Assembly (NCBI GenBank): GCA_964401355.1
Contig: CAYNYJ010000001.1
Location: forward strand, 10,535 to 74,534
Direction of reading: 5' to 3'
Length of the DNA stretch: 64,000 bases
Source: an uncultured Ectothiorhodospiraceae bacterium
Lineage (GTDB): Bacteria > Pseudomonadota > Gammaproteobacteria > SZUA-152
The notes under the pieces were generated by a model, which was given only the letters and a program-made list of their open reading frames with translations, made no database searches and was not told where the DNA came from. This document shows, one piece after another, positions 55,826-64,000 of the stretch. Position numbers and translations under genes: made by a program. The stretch's first letter is position 1, and the number at the start of each line of letters is the position of its first letter.

Positions 55826-55861
55826 CCGTTTCTCGTTTGCTGACGAGAGGCGGTTTTTTTT
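55826..55861. terminator. Bidirectional rho-independent terminator (serves slt; possibly an upstream sRNA or hrpA read-through)
   Basis: CCGTTTCTCG-TTTGCTGA-CGAGAGGCGG followed by T8 on the plus strand, and preceded by AAAA, which gives a U-tract on the minus strand. Confidence 0.7.
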
Positions 55862-55919
55862 GCCCCGGAATTCTTCGGTGGATCTTTTTTGCGCGTAATT
55901 AAGGTAATGGTGGTGCCAG

Positions 55920-57962
55920 CTAAAGAGCCTTGCGGGTGGGTATCTCCGGCATGCTTTGAGTGAGCCGGGTTTGCTCGATGCCGAGGCGATCAGCGTAGAT
56001 GATGGTAAAGGCCAATACGCTGGTGACGTAGTCTCGCGTCTCTTTGAAGGGGATGGATTCGATCCAGCGTTGTGCATCCAGTGTTGATTCGGTCGGTAGC
56101 CAGCCCATAATGCGACGCGCACCGGCGTTATAGGCGGCGGTAGCCAATACCGTTTGCCCCCCAAAACGTTTCAACATCTGGCGCAAGTAACGGGTACCGA
56201 GTGCCAGATTGGTGTCTGCATGGGTCAGCTGCGGTTTCCCGCGCATTTTTTTCACGCGGGAACCGGGCATGGAGCGTGCCAGTGCTTTTGCCGTGGAGGG
56301 TAGCAGTTGCATCAGCCCCATCGCGCCCTTGGGTGAACGGGCATCCTGCACAAAGGCGCTTTCACGCCGTATTACGCCATAGGTCCAGGCCGGATTGATG
56401 TTTGCCCGCTGGGAGTGGCTCAACACCTTTTCCTGGTACAGCAGGGGAAAGCGCAGGACAATGTCATCACGTTGATCTGTGCTGGCCATGGTGAGGATAG
56501 ACTGCTCGGCCCAACCCCAGTGTTGTGCCAGTTTGGCGGCATCCACACGTTGGTCGTTGGACAGTTTTCGGGTGGCTTCACGCCATTCACGGCGTGCTTC
56601 GGTCAGACGCTTGAGCCGGAAAAATTCATGTGCACGCAAAATGCCCGCCTGCTGGCCGAGTTCGAACAGGGTGCCTGCGCGGGTTTCCCGGGACTGTCCA
56701 GCGAGGGCATAGGTCTGTCCCAGGCGGTCGGCGGCAAGAAACCCGTAGTAGCTGCGGCGCTGCGCCAGTGCGGTGTAATGCGACATGGCGGTGATGGTCT
56801 CTTGCAGCTCTTCGTTGACGCGCGCGCGCCAGTATTGCCATCGGTCATTGTCCTGTTGTGTGGTGGTGAGCGCATTGAGTGCTGTCAGTGCCAGTGACCA
56901 TTGTGACTGACGCAAGGCGGATCGAACGCGCCATTCACGGGCGACATCGGTGAGGTACTGATCGGGAATGATCGAAAACCAGGCCTCTGCGCCAGGGCGA
57001 TGTTTGCGCGCCAGTGCGATGCCGAGTGACTGCAACATGGCGTATTGATCATCGGTATTGACCGGTTTTTTTGCGATAATAGCGAACCAGAGATCGGCTG
57101 CTTTTTGCGGGGAATGACGCGCCATGCGTTTGACGACGTTTCGCAGAATATTGGGTGCCATGTGATGTTGGCTGGCAATAAGGCGACGTTGGTATTGACC
57201 GAGGAGGTGAGGCTTGCGGTGGAGCTTAATCCAGAGTCGGGCCAGTTTTTGTTCGTTATTCGGTAATGAGCGCACCAGATAACGGGCCAGGGTACGTTGC
57301 CCCCCGCTTAACGCTAGCTCCATGCGTTGCCAGACGAGGTTCGTGGTTTGTTTGCCTGCCGCTTTCCAGCGTTTGAAAATGTGATCACAGTTGCGCGGTT
57401 GAGAGCGACCACTCAACCAGAGTTTCTCGATGTCGGGATAGGCCTGTTCCGCCTCACCGGTGCGGATCAGCGCCTGTAAATAATGGCACTGCAAGCGGGT
57501 ACTGGCCTGTGGTGTGTAAAAATCCAGATATTGCTGCCAACGACCTTGTCGTGCCTTGAGCCGTAGCCATTTTTTGCGTAATAACGGGGTAACCGGCAAA
57601 TCTGAATAGTCATTGAAAAACGCGTGCATTTCCTTGGGTGATGCTTTGTGCAGCCGGCGTTTTAGTGCCTGGTAATGTAGATAGGAATAAAGTGGATAGT
57701 CTTTGAGAGTTGATGATAATTCGCGCAACTGGCTGGTTCGACCCAGGCGTAAAGCCTTTTCCGCCTTAAGGAAGCGCGCGCGCTGTTCCGATAAGGTGGC
57801 GTTGTTAAATTGGACAACACGAGTGATGAAACTGGGTTCCTGTGTCGCGCCTATTGTAGAAGGCGCTACCGCTAGCGCTACATTCGGCATTACTCCGACT
57901 ATCGCGAGACAGCACAGTACCCTCCGTCGCCAACGAGACATCGTTTGGGCAGGCTTGTTCAT
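55920..57962 (-). CDS. slt: Soluble lytic murein transglycosylase (Slt70-like)
   Basis: Signal peptide, superhelical U-domain, and a C-terminal SLT catalytic motif (ESAFVQDARSPKGAMGLMQLLPSTA). The start is chosen at MNKPAQTMSRWRRR. Confidence 0.88.
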   Translation of the reverse strand: MNKPAQTMSRWRRRVLCCLAIVGVMPNVALAVAPSTIGATQEPSFITRVVQFNNATLSEQRARFLKAEKALRLGRTSQLRELSSTLKDYPLYSYLHYQALKRRLHKASPKEMHAFFNDYSDLPVTPLLRKKWLRLKARQGRWQQYLDFYTPQASTRLQCHYLQALIRTGEAEQAYPDIEKLWLSGRSQPRNCDHIFKRWKAAGKQTTNLVWQRMELALSGGQRTLARYLVRSLPNNEQKLARLWIKLHRKPHLLGQYQRRLIASQHHMAPNILRNVVKRMARHSPQKAADLWFAIIAKKPVNTDDQYAMLQSLGIALARKHRPGAEAWFSIIPDQYLTDVAREWRVRSALRQSQWSLALTALNALTTTQQDNDRWQYWRARVNEELQETITAMSHYTALAQRRSYYGFLAADRLGQTYALAGQSRETRAGTLFELGQQAGILRAHEFFRLKRLTEARREWREATRKLSNDQRVDAAKLAQHWGWAEQSILTMASTDQRDDIVLRFPLLYQEKVLSHSQRANINPAWTYGVIRRESAFVQDARSPKGAMGLMQLLPSTAKALARSMPGSRVKKMRGKPQLTHADTNLALGTRYLRQMLKRFGGQTVLATAAYNAGARRIMGWLPTESTLDAQRWIESIPFKETRDYVTSVLAFTIIYADRLGIEQTRLTQSMPEIPTRKAL

Positions 57963-58193
57963 GTTTGAAAGACACTGTTTGTTATCATTACTTTTTCGGT
58001 CGTTCGATGTTGACAGTATTTTAGCGGCCGTTTGGCAGGATGGATTGAATAAATTTCGGACACAGTTCAACAAAATTGAACAAATGATTCAAAACTTTAT
58101 GCTTTCATCTGATCCGGTGCTTGATTATGCTCGAATCCTCTACAAAACAAGTAGGTTGTGAGCCTGCAAATAATACGGATAAATAAAGGAAAA

Positions 58194-58427
58194 ATGCTGA
58201 TGTACACACGCGGAGAACCCTATGTTGAAACCCTGAAAAAGGGCGAATCAATTTATATTTGCCAATGCGGACAGACCCAAACACCCCCCTATTGTGATGC
58301 TAGCCATCAACAATCCCCAGGCAAACAACCACTGACGCACACTGCGGTTGCGGATGGATCGGTGTACGTTTGCGGTTGCGGGAAGACGGCCAATAAACCC
58401 TGGTGCGATGGTAGTCACAACACTTAA
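58194..58427 (+). CDS. CDGSH iron-sulfur domain protein (two CDGSH-type [2Fe-2S] motifs; mitoNEET/Miner-like)
   Basis: Two motifs, CQCGQTQTPPYCDASH and CGCGKTANKPWCDGSH. An AAAGGA SD precedes the ATG at 58194. Confidence 0.8.
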   Translation: MLMYTRGEPYVETLKKGESIYICQCGQTQTPPYCDASHQQSPGKQPLTHTAVADGSVYVCGCGKTANKPWCDGSHNT

Positions 58428-59305
58428 TGCAAACACTGCTCGCCAATCCAGCCATTCAGAGCGCCGTGGCGCCGTTTATTGTGGCGCTGCTGGTGGCGTT
58501 GCTGTTACGACGCTTTGAGACTATCGGGTTGGGCTTGGCGATCATCGCTGGTTTGCTCACAACGGTGATGTTGACCACAGGCTTGACGCTACAGCCCCTG
58601 ACATCGACGCGGAAAATCATTGTGAGCAGTTTGTGCCTGCCTTTTACGGTGTTGTTGGTAGAGCGTATCGTGGCAGGCTTACCCACGGTGACTGCGCGAC
58701 TCCAGCATGTTGTCAGGGTAATGGTGCCGACGCTATTTTTGATGGCTGCGGCTTGTTGGGTCATCTGGCCGGTGTTAACACGCCAGGGCTTGGCGGAAGG
58801 CTGGCCAATGTTGCTGAGAGTGGGGGGCTATGCAGGCATCATTGGCGCTGTATTCCTGTGTCTGGCGCAATGGAAATCGGCTGAGAAATCGGCCGCTCAG
58901 GGGATGAGCGCCTTGATGCTGGCCATCGGAACTGGTGTGACCTGTTTGATTGCCGCCACCGCCTTGTATGCACAGCTGGCGTTTGCGATTGCCGCGAGTG
59001 TCGGTAGTGTGATGGTGCTCAGTTTATTCACACAAACACGAAATGGCGTCGGGCATGTGACGTCATTTGGCATGTTTGCGGCGGCGGTGCCATTGGCATT
59101 GTTCGGAGCCGCAGCGACTGTTTATGCACAGTTACCGCCCTGGGTATTGCCGTGCCTAGTGTTTATTCCCCTGTTCGCGGGGTCAACCAAATCATGGCTG
59201 ACAAAACCCTGGCAACAATTGATATTCACCGGGGTGATCGCATTTTTACCGGTGATTCCAGCGAGCGGGTTGGCTTGGCGGGCCGCAGGGCCGATCAGTT
59301 TTTAA
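58427..59305 (+). CDS. Polytopic integral membrane protein of unknown function (about 8 TM)
   Basis: 292-aa highly hydrophobic ORF. Its start overlaps the CDGSH gene stop (TAATG), so it is probably co-translated. No recognisable family. Confidence 0.6.
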   Translation: MQTLLANPAIQSAVAPFIVALLVALLLRRFETIGLGLAIIAGLLTTVMLTTGLTLQPLTSTRKIIVSSLCLPFTVLLVERIVAGLPTVTARLQHVVRVMVPTLFLMAAACWVIWPVLTRQGLAEGWPMLLRVGGYAGIIGAVFLCLAQWKSAEKSAAQGMSALMLAIGTGVTCLIAATALYAQLAFAIAASVGSVMVLSLFTQTRNGVGHVTSFGMFAAAVPLALFGAAATVYAQLPPWVLPCLVFIPLFAGSTKSWLTKPWQQLIFTGVIAFLPVIPASGLAWRAAGPISF

Positions 59306-59392
59306 GCGCATACCGACAACCAAGAGTAATGCTATTTGAGTTTCACAAAGCTTGATGACCAGAATATTATTTAACCGATACCGGAGAACACC

Positions 59393-59950
59393 ATGAAAAA
59401 ATATTTACTGTTGACCGCTGTTTTTTTGTTACCGACTCTCGGTATGGCAGAATCGTACACCATTGATCCGGCTCATACATACCCCAATTTTTCCATTGAT
59501 CACCTTGGGTTTTCGACTCTGCATGGCCGCTTTAATAAAACTCGCGGTACCCTCGATATGGACCGGGCAAAAGGCACGGGTTCGGTCACCATTGTGATTG
59601 ATGTGGCCTCAATTGATACAGGTTTCAAAAAACGGGATGACCACTTGCGGTCTCCAGATTTTTTTAATGCCGTTGAATTTCCGGAAATCACGTTTAAATC
59701 CACAAAAATAACCTTTAAAGGAAAGGGTGCGACACTGGTGGGAGATCTAACCATCAAAGGGGTCACCAAGTCCGTTCAGCTTGATGTCAGTAGCATTAAT
59801 TGTGGAGTACATCCCTTCAACAAGAAAGATGTCTGCGGCTTTGATGCACGTACCCGGTTCAAACGATCAGATTTTGGCATTAAATATGCCTTACCGGCCG
59901 TGGGTGACGAGGTAACGTTAATGATCGAAGCAGAGGCGATCAAAAACTAA
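59393..59950 (+). CDS. YceI-family periplasmic polyisoprenoid-binding protein
   Basis: Signal peptide plus a YceI-like beta-barrel pattern (YTIDPAHTYPNFSIDHLGFSTLHGRFNK...). Confidence 0.8.
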   Translation: MKKYLLLTAVFLLPTLGMAESYTIDPAHTYPNFSIDHLGFSTLHGRFNKTRGTLDMDRAKGTGSVTIVIDVASIDTGFKKRDDHLRSPDFFNAVEFPEITFKSTKITFKGKGATLVGDLTIKGVTKSVQLDVSSINCGVHPFNKKDVCGFDARTRFKRSDFGIKYALPAVGDEVTLMIEAEAIKN

Positions 59951-60252
59951 GCAGTTGTGGCGAGCGGTGGTGGAGCGGTCAGGCCGTTGTCGTCCAGTTG
60001 GAAGCTGACCGACCGCTATGGCATACTGAGTGGGAAAATGAATCGGTGACGGTGGGATATGCTGAAGAGATATTCACCGGAAATGTCGGTTTGGCGCGTA
60101 TACAGATCTGTTCTGAAACGAAAAATCCGATGCTTAAAGAGTATCGGAACGGTCGATAGGACGGTAGCCAGTTGACAATACATGTTAGCCTATACGCTGG
60201 ACTGGGTGGTGTTGCCCGGTAATAATCACCTACGAACAAGTGGAGAACTCGA

Positions 60253-60561
60253 ATGCCAGTTTCATCTGATGTTTCAGCAGATGCCAAAACCGTCGTCATC
60301 AAGATCAGTGGGCGGTTCGATTTCGCGGTGCAGAATGAGTTTCGCGATTGTTATTATAACTCTAGCTCCGGGGAGAAAGCCGAGTTCATTATTGACATGA
60401 GCGGTGCCAATTATATGGACAGTTCAGCCCTCGGTATGTTGCTGATGATGCGCGAGTATCTCGGTGGTAATGCGGCCAATATCAGTATTAATAATTGCTC
60501 GCCGGACATTAAGAATATCCTGACAGTAGCAAACTTCCAGAGCCTGTTTAAAATGAGTTAA
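60253..60561 (+). CDS. STAS-domain anti-sigma-factor antagonist (HsbA-like)
   Basis: SpoIIAA-like fold with the phosphorylatable Ser in DMSGANYMDSSALGMLL. Confidence 0.8.
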   Translation: MPVSSDVSADAKTVVIKISGRFDFAVQNEFRDCYYNSSSGEKAEFIIDMSGANYMDSSALGMLLMMREYLGGNAANISINNCSPDIKNILTVANFQSLFKMS

Positions 60562-60692
60562 AGCATCGTGCTGCATCGCAGTTCTTGCTTTCTTTTAACG
60601 TCACGTTTTAGTTATCATGCCCCCAGAGAAACTTAATTCGGGATTGATATGGGTATTCCAGGGAACGAGATACGCCACGCGGTAACTGCCGC

Positions 60693-62444
60693 ATGAATTT
60701 ATCGAATGATTCACTGGGGAAACAATATCCTCTGTCTGAACATGGCAAGCCGATCAAAGTGCTTGTTGCCGATGATGACATTCCCAATCGCCTGATTCTT
60801 CAGGCTATTCTTGAAAACCAAGGTTACAGTGTGCTGCTTGCAGACGATGGTCTGCAAGCGCTGGAGATGTTTTGCTGTGAACTCCCTGATCTGGTTTTGA
60901 TGGATATTAAAATGCCGAATATGGATGGTTATGAGGCCACTCGGCGCATTAAATCCATGAATGGTGACACTTTTGTGCCAGTGATTTTTCTGACCGCAAC
61001 GACGGACAGTGAAGGCTTGGCAAAATGCGTTGAATCCGGTGGCGATGATTTTCTGGTTAAACCGTATAACCGCGTTCTTCTGCAAGCACGTATTGAAGCC
61101 TTGTTGAGAATCCGGGATCTTTACAGCACGGTGCAGCATCAACGTAATGAGTTAGCCAGTCACCAAAAGCGTCTTGATCGAGAACGACAACTGGCGAAGC
61201 GATTATTTACCAACATCATAGAAAGCGGCGCACTGAACGTGCCCTATGTGCAATCCATGTTTTCACCCATGTCACTTTTTTCGGGTGATATTTTAATGGC
61301 GGCAGCGAAACCGTCCGGTGGTTTGCATGTTTTGTTAGGTGATTTTACCGGGCATGGTCTGGCTGCGGCGATCGGTGCGCTACCGGTTTCCAGTGTCTTT
61401 TACGGGATGACCGCAAAGGGCTATTCCATTGCAGAAATTGTCACCGAAATAAATCTCAAATTAAAGGCCATTTTACCGACGGACATGTTTCTTGCGGCCT
61501 GTGTTATTGATATTAATCCTAGTAGCCATACGTTGTCGGTGTGGAATGGCGGCATTCCTCCCGTGCTGATTTACGGTGAAGAAGAACAGGAGATTGTGCG
61601 TACCGTCCCGCCTTTGCATTTGCCGTTAGGGGTTATTGATAATGCAGGTTTTAATCGGCGGGTTGATGTATTGGAAATCAGACAGGGAGACCGAGTCTTC
61701 ATTCATTCTGATGGCATTACCGAAACGCTTGATCCCAGCGGCAGTATGTTTGGTCGTGAACGATTGGAACAAATATTTGTTAACAACAAACAATCTGTAG
61801 ATTTGTTCAGTGATATTCGCACCGCATTGGTTGATTTTCTTTCGGGTGCCGATCAGCAAGATGATATGGCCCTGATTGAAATCAAGTACGATCAAAAACA
61901 ATTGGAAGAAACGGTGCATAATGAAAGTGCGCAGGAAATGCATGCCATGCAGCCTTCAACGTCATGGAGTTTGTCAATGGAGTTGGGCGCTGGATTAATG
62001 TGTCATTTTGATCCCCTACCATTACTGATTAAATCCGTATGCGACATGCAAGGTTTTCATGGGCAGCGCCAACAATTGTACACTGTATTTTCCGAATTGT
62101 TTTCAAATGCGTTAGACCATGGCGTTTTAAATTTGGATTCCAGTTTAAAACAAACCGCCGATGGATTCGCAAAATATTATATGGAACGAGAGGCAAGACT
62201 TTCGGGGCTATCGGAAGGCAAGGTGAAGGTTGATATTTTTCATCAACCCAGTGAAAGTGGTGGCCTGTTAACGATTCGTTTTGAAGACAGCGGTCAGGGT
62301 TTTGATTATGTGAAAGACCTGGTCACACTTGAGAATAATACTGGGCATTCGGGACGCGGTATCCAATTGTTGCATTCTATCTGTGACGAAATCACCTATG
62401 AAGGTAGTGGTAATATCGTCACCGTCATCTATCGGTGGACGTAA
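60693..62444 (+). CDS. Response regulator receiver-PP2C (SpoIIE-type) phosphatase-GHKL kinase fusion, HsbR-like partner-switching regulator
   Basis: REC with phospho-acceptor D in LVLMDIKMP, a PP2C/SpoIIE domain (GDFTGHGLAAAIG...HSDGITE), and a C-terminal RsbW-like ATPase (N-box FSELFSNALDHG, G-box DSGQGF/GRGIQLL). This is the same architecture as P. aeruginosa PA3346. Confidence 0.82.
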   Translation: MNLSNDSLGKQYPLSEHGKPIKVLVADDDIPNRLILQAILENQGYSVLLADDGLQALEMFCCELPDLVLMDIKMPNMDGYEATRRIKSMNGDTFVPVIFLTATTDSEGLAKCVESGGDDFLVKPYNRVLLQARIEALLRIRDLYSTVQHQRNELASHQKRLDRERQLAKRLFTNIIESGALNVPYVQSMFSPMSLFSGDILMAAAKPSGGLHVLLGDFTGHGLAAAIGALPVSSVFYGMTAKGYSIAEIVTEINLKLKAILPTDMFLAACVIDINPSSHTLSVWNGGIPPVLIYGEEEQEIVRTVPPLHLPLGVIDNAGFNRRVDVLEIRQGDRVFIHSDGITETLDPSGSMFGRERLEQIFVNNKQSVDLFSDIRTALVDFLSGADQQDDMALIEIKYDQKQLEETVHNESAQEMHAMQPSTSWSLSMELGAGLMCHFDPLPLLIKSVCDMQGFHGQRQQLYTVFSELFSNALDHGVLNLDSSLKQTADGFAKYYMEREARLSGLSEGKVKVDIFHQPSESGGLLTIRFEDSGQGFDYVKDLVTLENNTGHSGRGIQLLHSICDEITYEGSGNIVTVIYRWT

Positions 62445-62537
62445 GTGTTGAACAATGTTCTGTTCAACACTTTTGTGTCTATGTAAAATACCCTGAGCTA
62501 TTATGTAATTTGTTGTTGGTAAGAAAGGGAAGTAATT

Positions 62538-62861
62538 GTGAACCTTAAAGTCGTTATTGAAAATAATACTTATTCAATTAACATACCGGAAGATGTTACG
62601 GGAGAGGGCCACTCATTTTTTGAAAAAATGGACGCTGATATGAACCAGGGTTGGCAGATGGACCGGCAGTGGATTAATGCCCCGACAATTAAACAGCGTT
62701 GCCAGATTGCTGCGAGTCGAATTGCTGACGCCATTAATACTGAAAATGAAACCCTCGCCTGTCTTATGGCAGGTTATATCCTCAACACCATGCCGTCGGT
62801 TACAGAGGTTCAAGTCGACACCAATGGTGAAATGTCAGAAACCGAATTTATTGAAGGTTAA
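62538..62861 (+). CDS. Hypothetical 107-aa acidic protein
   Basis: GTG start with GAAAGGGAAG upstream. No recognisable domain. It sits immediately downstream of the HsbR-like gene. Confidence 0.4.
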   Translation: MNLKVVIENNTYSINIPEDVTGEGHSFFEKMDADMNQGWQMDRQWINAPTIKQRCQIAASRIADAINTENETLACLMAGYILNTMPSVTEVQVDTNGEMSETEFIEG

Positions 62862-62969
62862 TGAAATAGTGGCTTTTTGAGGATCTTTTTACGGGTACGA
62901 AAGTACTCCTATCATGGGAAATAGATTTTTCTATTCGACATCGTTCCCCCCAATAGTATCGTTTAATAC

Positions 62970-62983
62970 GTCAATTAATTGAC
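62970..62983. repeat. Perfect 14-bp palindrome GTCAATTAATTGAC
   Basis: It overlaps the stop codon of the DRR-repeat gene and lies at the boundary with the convergent 62538-62861 ORF. Confidence 0.4.
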
Positions 62984-63189
62984 CTGTTCGTAGGGTGGTT
63001 CGTGCGCCGATCACCCTGTATGTGTTCCGGATAGGCGATGCGCCGTTCAACGATTGTACGTCGGTCATTCTTTACCAGGGTGCCGTGACTGTCCACATAG
63101 GGGAAATCCAGCTGACATAGCCAGCTTCGGCGGTCTTGGCCGTGGCGCCGATCAAGGGTAGTGCGTCTTTCCTGCATCCGTAATGGCAT
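62971..63189 (-). CDS. Small (72 aa) arginine-rich protein with five (D/E)RR repeats
   Basis: Near-perfect RBS (AAGGAGAAAAAAATG). Repeats LDRRH, QDRRS, NDRRT, VERRI, GDRRT. A sigma54-like -24/-12 element lies upstream. Confidence 0.5.
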   Translation of the reverse strand: MPLRMQERRTTLDRRHGQDRRSWLCQLDFPYVDSHGTLVKNDRRTIVERRIAYPEHIQGDRRTNHPTNRSIN

Positions 63190-63245
63190 TTTTTTCTCCT
63201 TGGTTTTGCATTCTCAGGTTTTCTGTAGAACAGATATATGAAAAC

Positions 63246-63264
63246 AAGGCACAATTGGTGCCAA
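63246..63264 (-). promoter_or_regulatory. Sigma54-like -24/-12 promoter element upstream of the DRR-repeat gene
   Basis: The minus strand reads TGGCAC-CAATT-GTGCC. GG and GC are separated by exactly 10 nt, as in the consensus TGGCACG-N4-TTGC. The -12 GC is about 60 nt upstream of the ATG. Confidence 0.35.
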
Positions 63265-63346
63265 TAAGTGAGAGTACGTGCGTATTTGCTTGCCGCGGTA
63301 ATCCGTGGGAAATGCCGCCGTGATTTAGAGTCGTTGACAAATACTG

Positions 63347-64000
63347 TTATTTGAGGAGAATTTGGTTGATTTCGCCAAACCGGCGTAACCAGGGAGACCA
63401 TTTACGAAAGGATTCTGGAAGTTGTTTGCGCGCACTTTCCGCTTTTTGATAGCTGGGAAAGCTGCCATAAATCAAGTTATGCCATTCAACGCCTTTGGCA
63501 TCCTTACTTTTGAATTGCACCATTTGTTGTTCTAGCTGATCAGAGGCGGCGAGTTTTAAAATCCATTTAATATCTTTGCTGCGTGCGAGCTGGATGGTGT
63601 AGTGGCCTCGTTGTTGTTGCTCAATCCATGCCAAACCTTTGGCAACCGGGCTACTGTGATAAGGCGCGTGGGCGATGGCTGATGATTTTGACGTAATCTT
63701 TTCCGGACCGGGCGTGCTTTCAAGTAGTGCAAGTGACTCTGTAGCTTTTTTAACGCCTTGCCGCGAGGCAATACGCCACCAATATTTTGCTTCCTCAATG
63801 TCTTGTTTCAGCCCGCGCCCCTCTGCATACATCCGTCCAATATTGTATTGCGCAAAGGAATAGCCGCTATCCGCAGAGTCACGATACCACGCGGCGGCAG
63901 CGGTAGTGTTCACGTGTGTCCCTAATCCTTTTTCGTATAAAACTGCCAGGTTATTTTGGGCGATGGCATGGCCTTGTTTTGCAGCCTTCGTATACCACAG
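63347..64000 (-). CDS. Sel1-repeat plus SPOR-domain protein (5' end beyond the window edge)
   Basis: Sel1 repeats (AQYNIGRMYAEGRGLKQD...) continue in frame past position 64000. The C-terminal SPOR domain is HYTIQLARSKD...WHNLIYGSFPSYQKAESARKQL. Confidence 0.7.
   Translation of the reverse strand: MWYTKAAKQGHAIAQNNLAVLYEKGLGTHVNTTAAAAWYRDSADSGYSFAQYNIGRMYAEGRGLKQDIEEAKYWWRIASRQGVKKATESLALLESTPGPEKITSKSSAIAHAPYHSSPVAKGLAWIEQQQRGHYTIQLARSKDIKWILKLAASDQLEQQMVQFKSKDAKGVEWHNLIYGSFPSYQKAESARKQLPESFRKWSPWLRRFGEINQILLK

Larger units (their letters stand above)
55600..55861 (+). ncRNA. Candidate sRNA in the hrpA-slt convergent gap (speculative)
   Basis: Possible promoter TTGGAT-N17-ATTAAT at 55565-55593, a GC-rich body with the tandem repeats above, and a strong terminator at 55826-55861. 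No protein-coding capacity longer than 28 aa. Confidence 0.2.

Noticed and set aside
55600-55861. CsrB/RsmZ-type CsrA-sequestering sRNA
   Set aside because: Only about 3 GGA motifs are present (two ACACGGAAG), against the many loop-exposed ANGGA repeats expected. No GacA-box upstream. It is kept only as a generic sRNA candidate.
55589-56164. 191-aa minus-strand ORF spanning the hrpA-slt gap and the slt 3' end
   Set aside because: It overlaps slt in another frame. Its C-terminal part is simply the translation of the DNA tandem repeats (THQDLCTRHFRVKRFRVEHF...). It has no RBS.
63072-63401. 109-aa minus-strand ORF overlapping the sigma54-like promoter and the DRR-gene start
   Set aside because: It overlaps a gene with a near-perfect RBS in another frame and has no RBS of its own.

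Overview
The window is a 64-kb chromosomal segment from a non-enteric gammaproteobacterium. Gene order matches Pseudomonas-like blocks (grpE-dnaK-dnaJ-dapB-carAB-greA-...-rlmE-ftsH-folP-glmM-tpiA-secG-tRNA-Leu; rne/rluC-HAD-sppA-maf) but adds hrcA, a complete 14-gene nuoA-N operon with separate nuoC and nuoD, and a phosphoribulokinase gene. The organism was not identified; chemolithoautotroph/methanotroph-like lineages are possible. GC content is about 50% by eye. The strands are densely packed with housekeeping genes. Accessory or unusual content is limited to five places. (1) A roughly 3-kb mer-like islet between greB and rne: a MerR-type operator-promoter, a Cys-rich leader micro-ORF that resembles the MerT N-terminus and is ATGA-coupled to merA, a core merA lacking NmerA, a co-directional downstream merR, and an LMW-PTP. 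There is no merT or merP and there are no transposon hallmarks. (2) A secreted DsrE/YchN-like gene inserted at the conserved dnaJ-dapB junction. (3) A CDGSH [2Fe-2S]-type protein coupled to a polytopic membrane protein. (4) A HsbA/HsbR-like STAS plus REC-PP2C-GHKL partner-switching pair, followed by an unknown small ORF and a sigma54-like promoter driving a 72-aa (D/E)RR-repeat protein. (5) A 579-bp convergent intergenic region after hrpA with paired palindromes, degenerate tandem repeats and a strong bidirectional terminator, which is a candidate sRNA locus. No CRISPR arrays, integrases or transposases were seen. Every homology call rests on motif and sequence recognition by eye; no database search was run.
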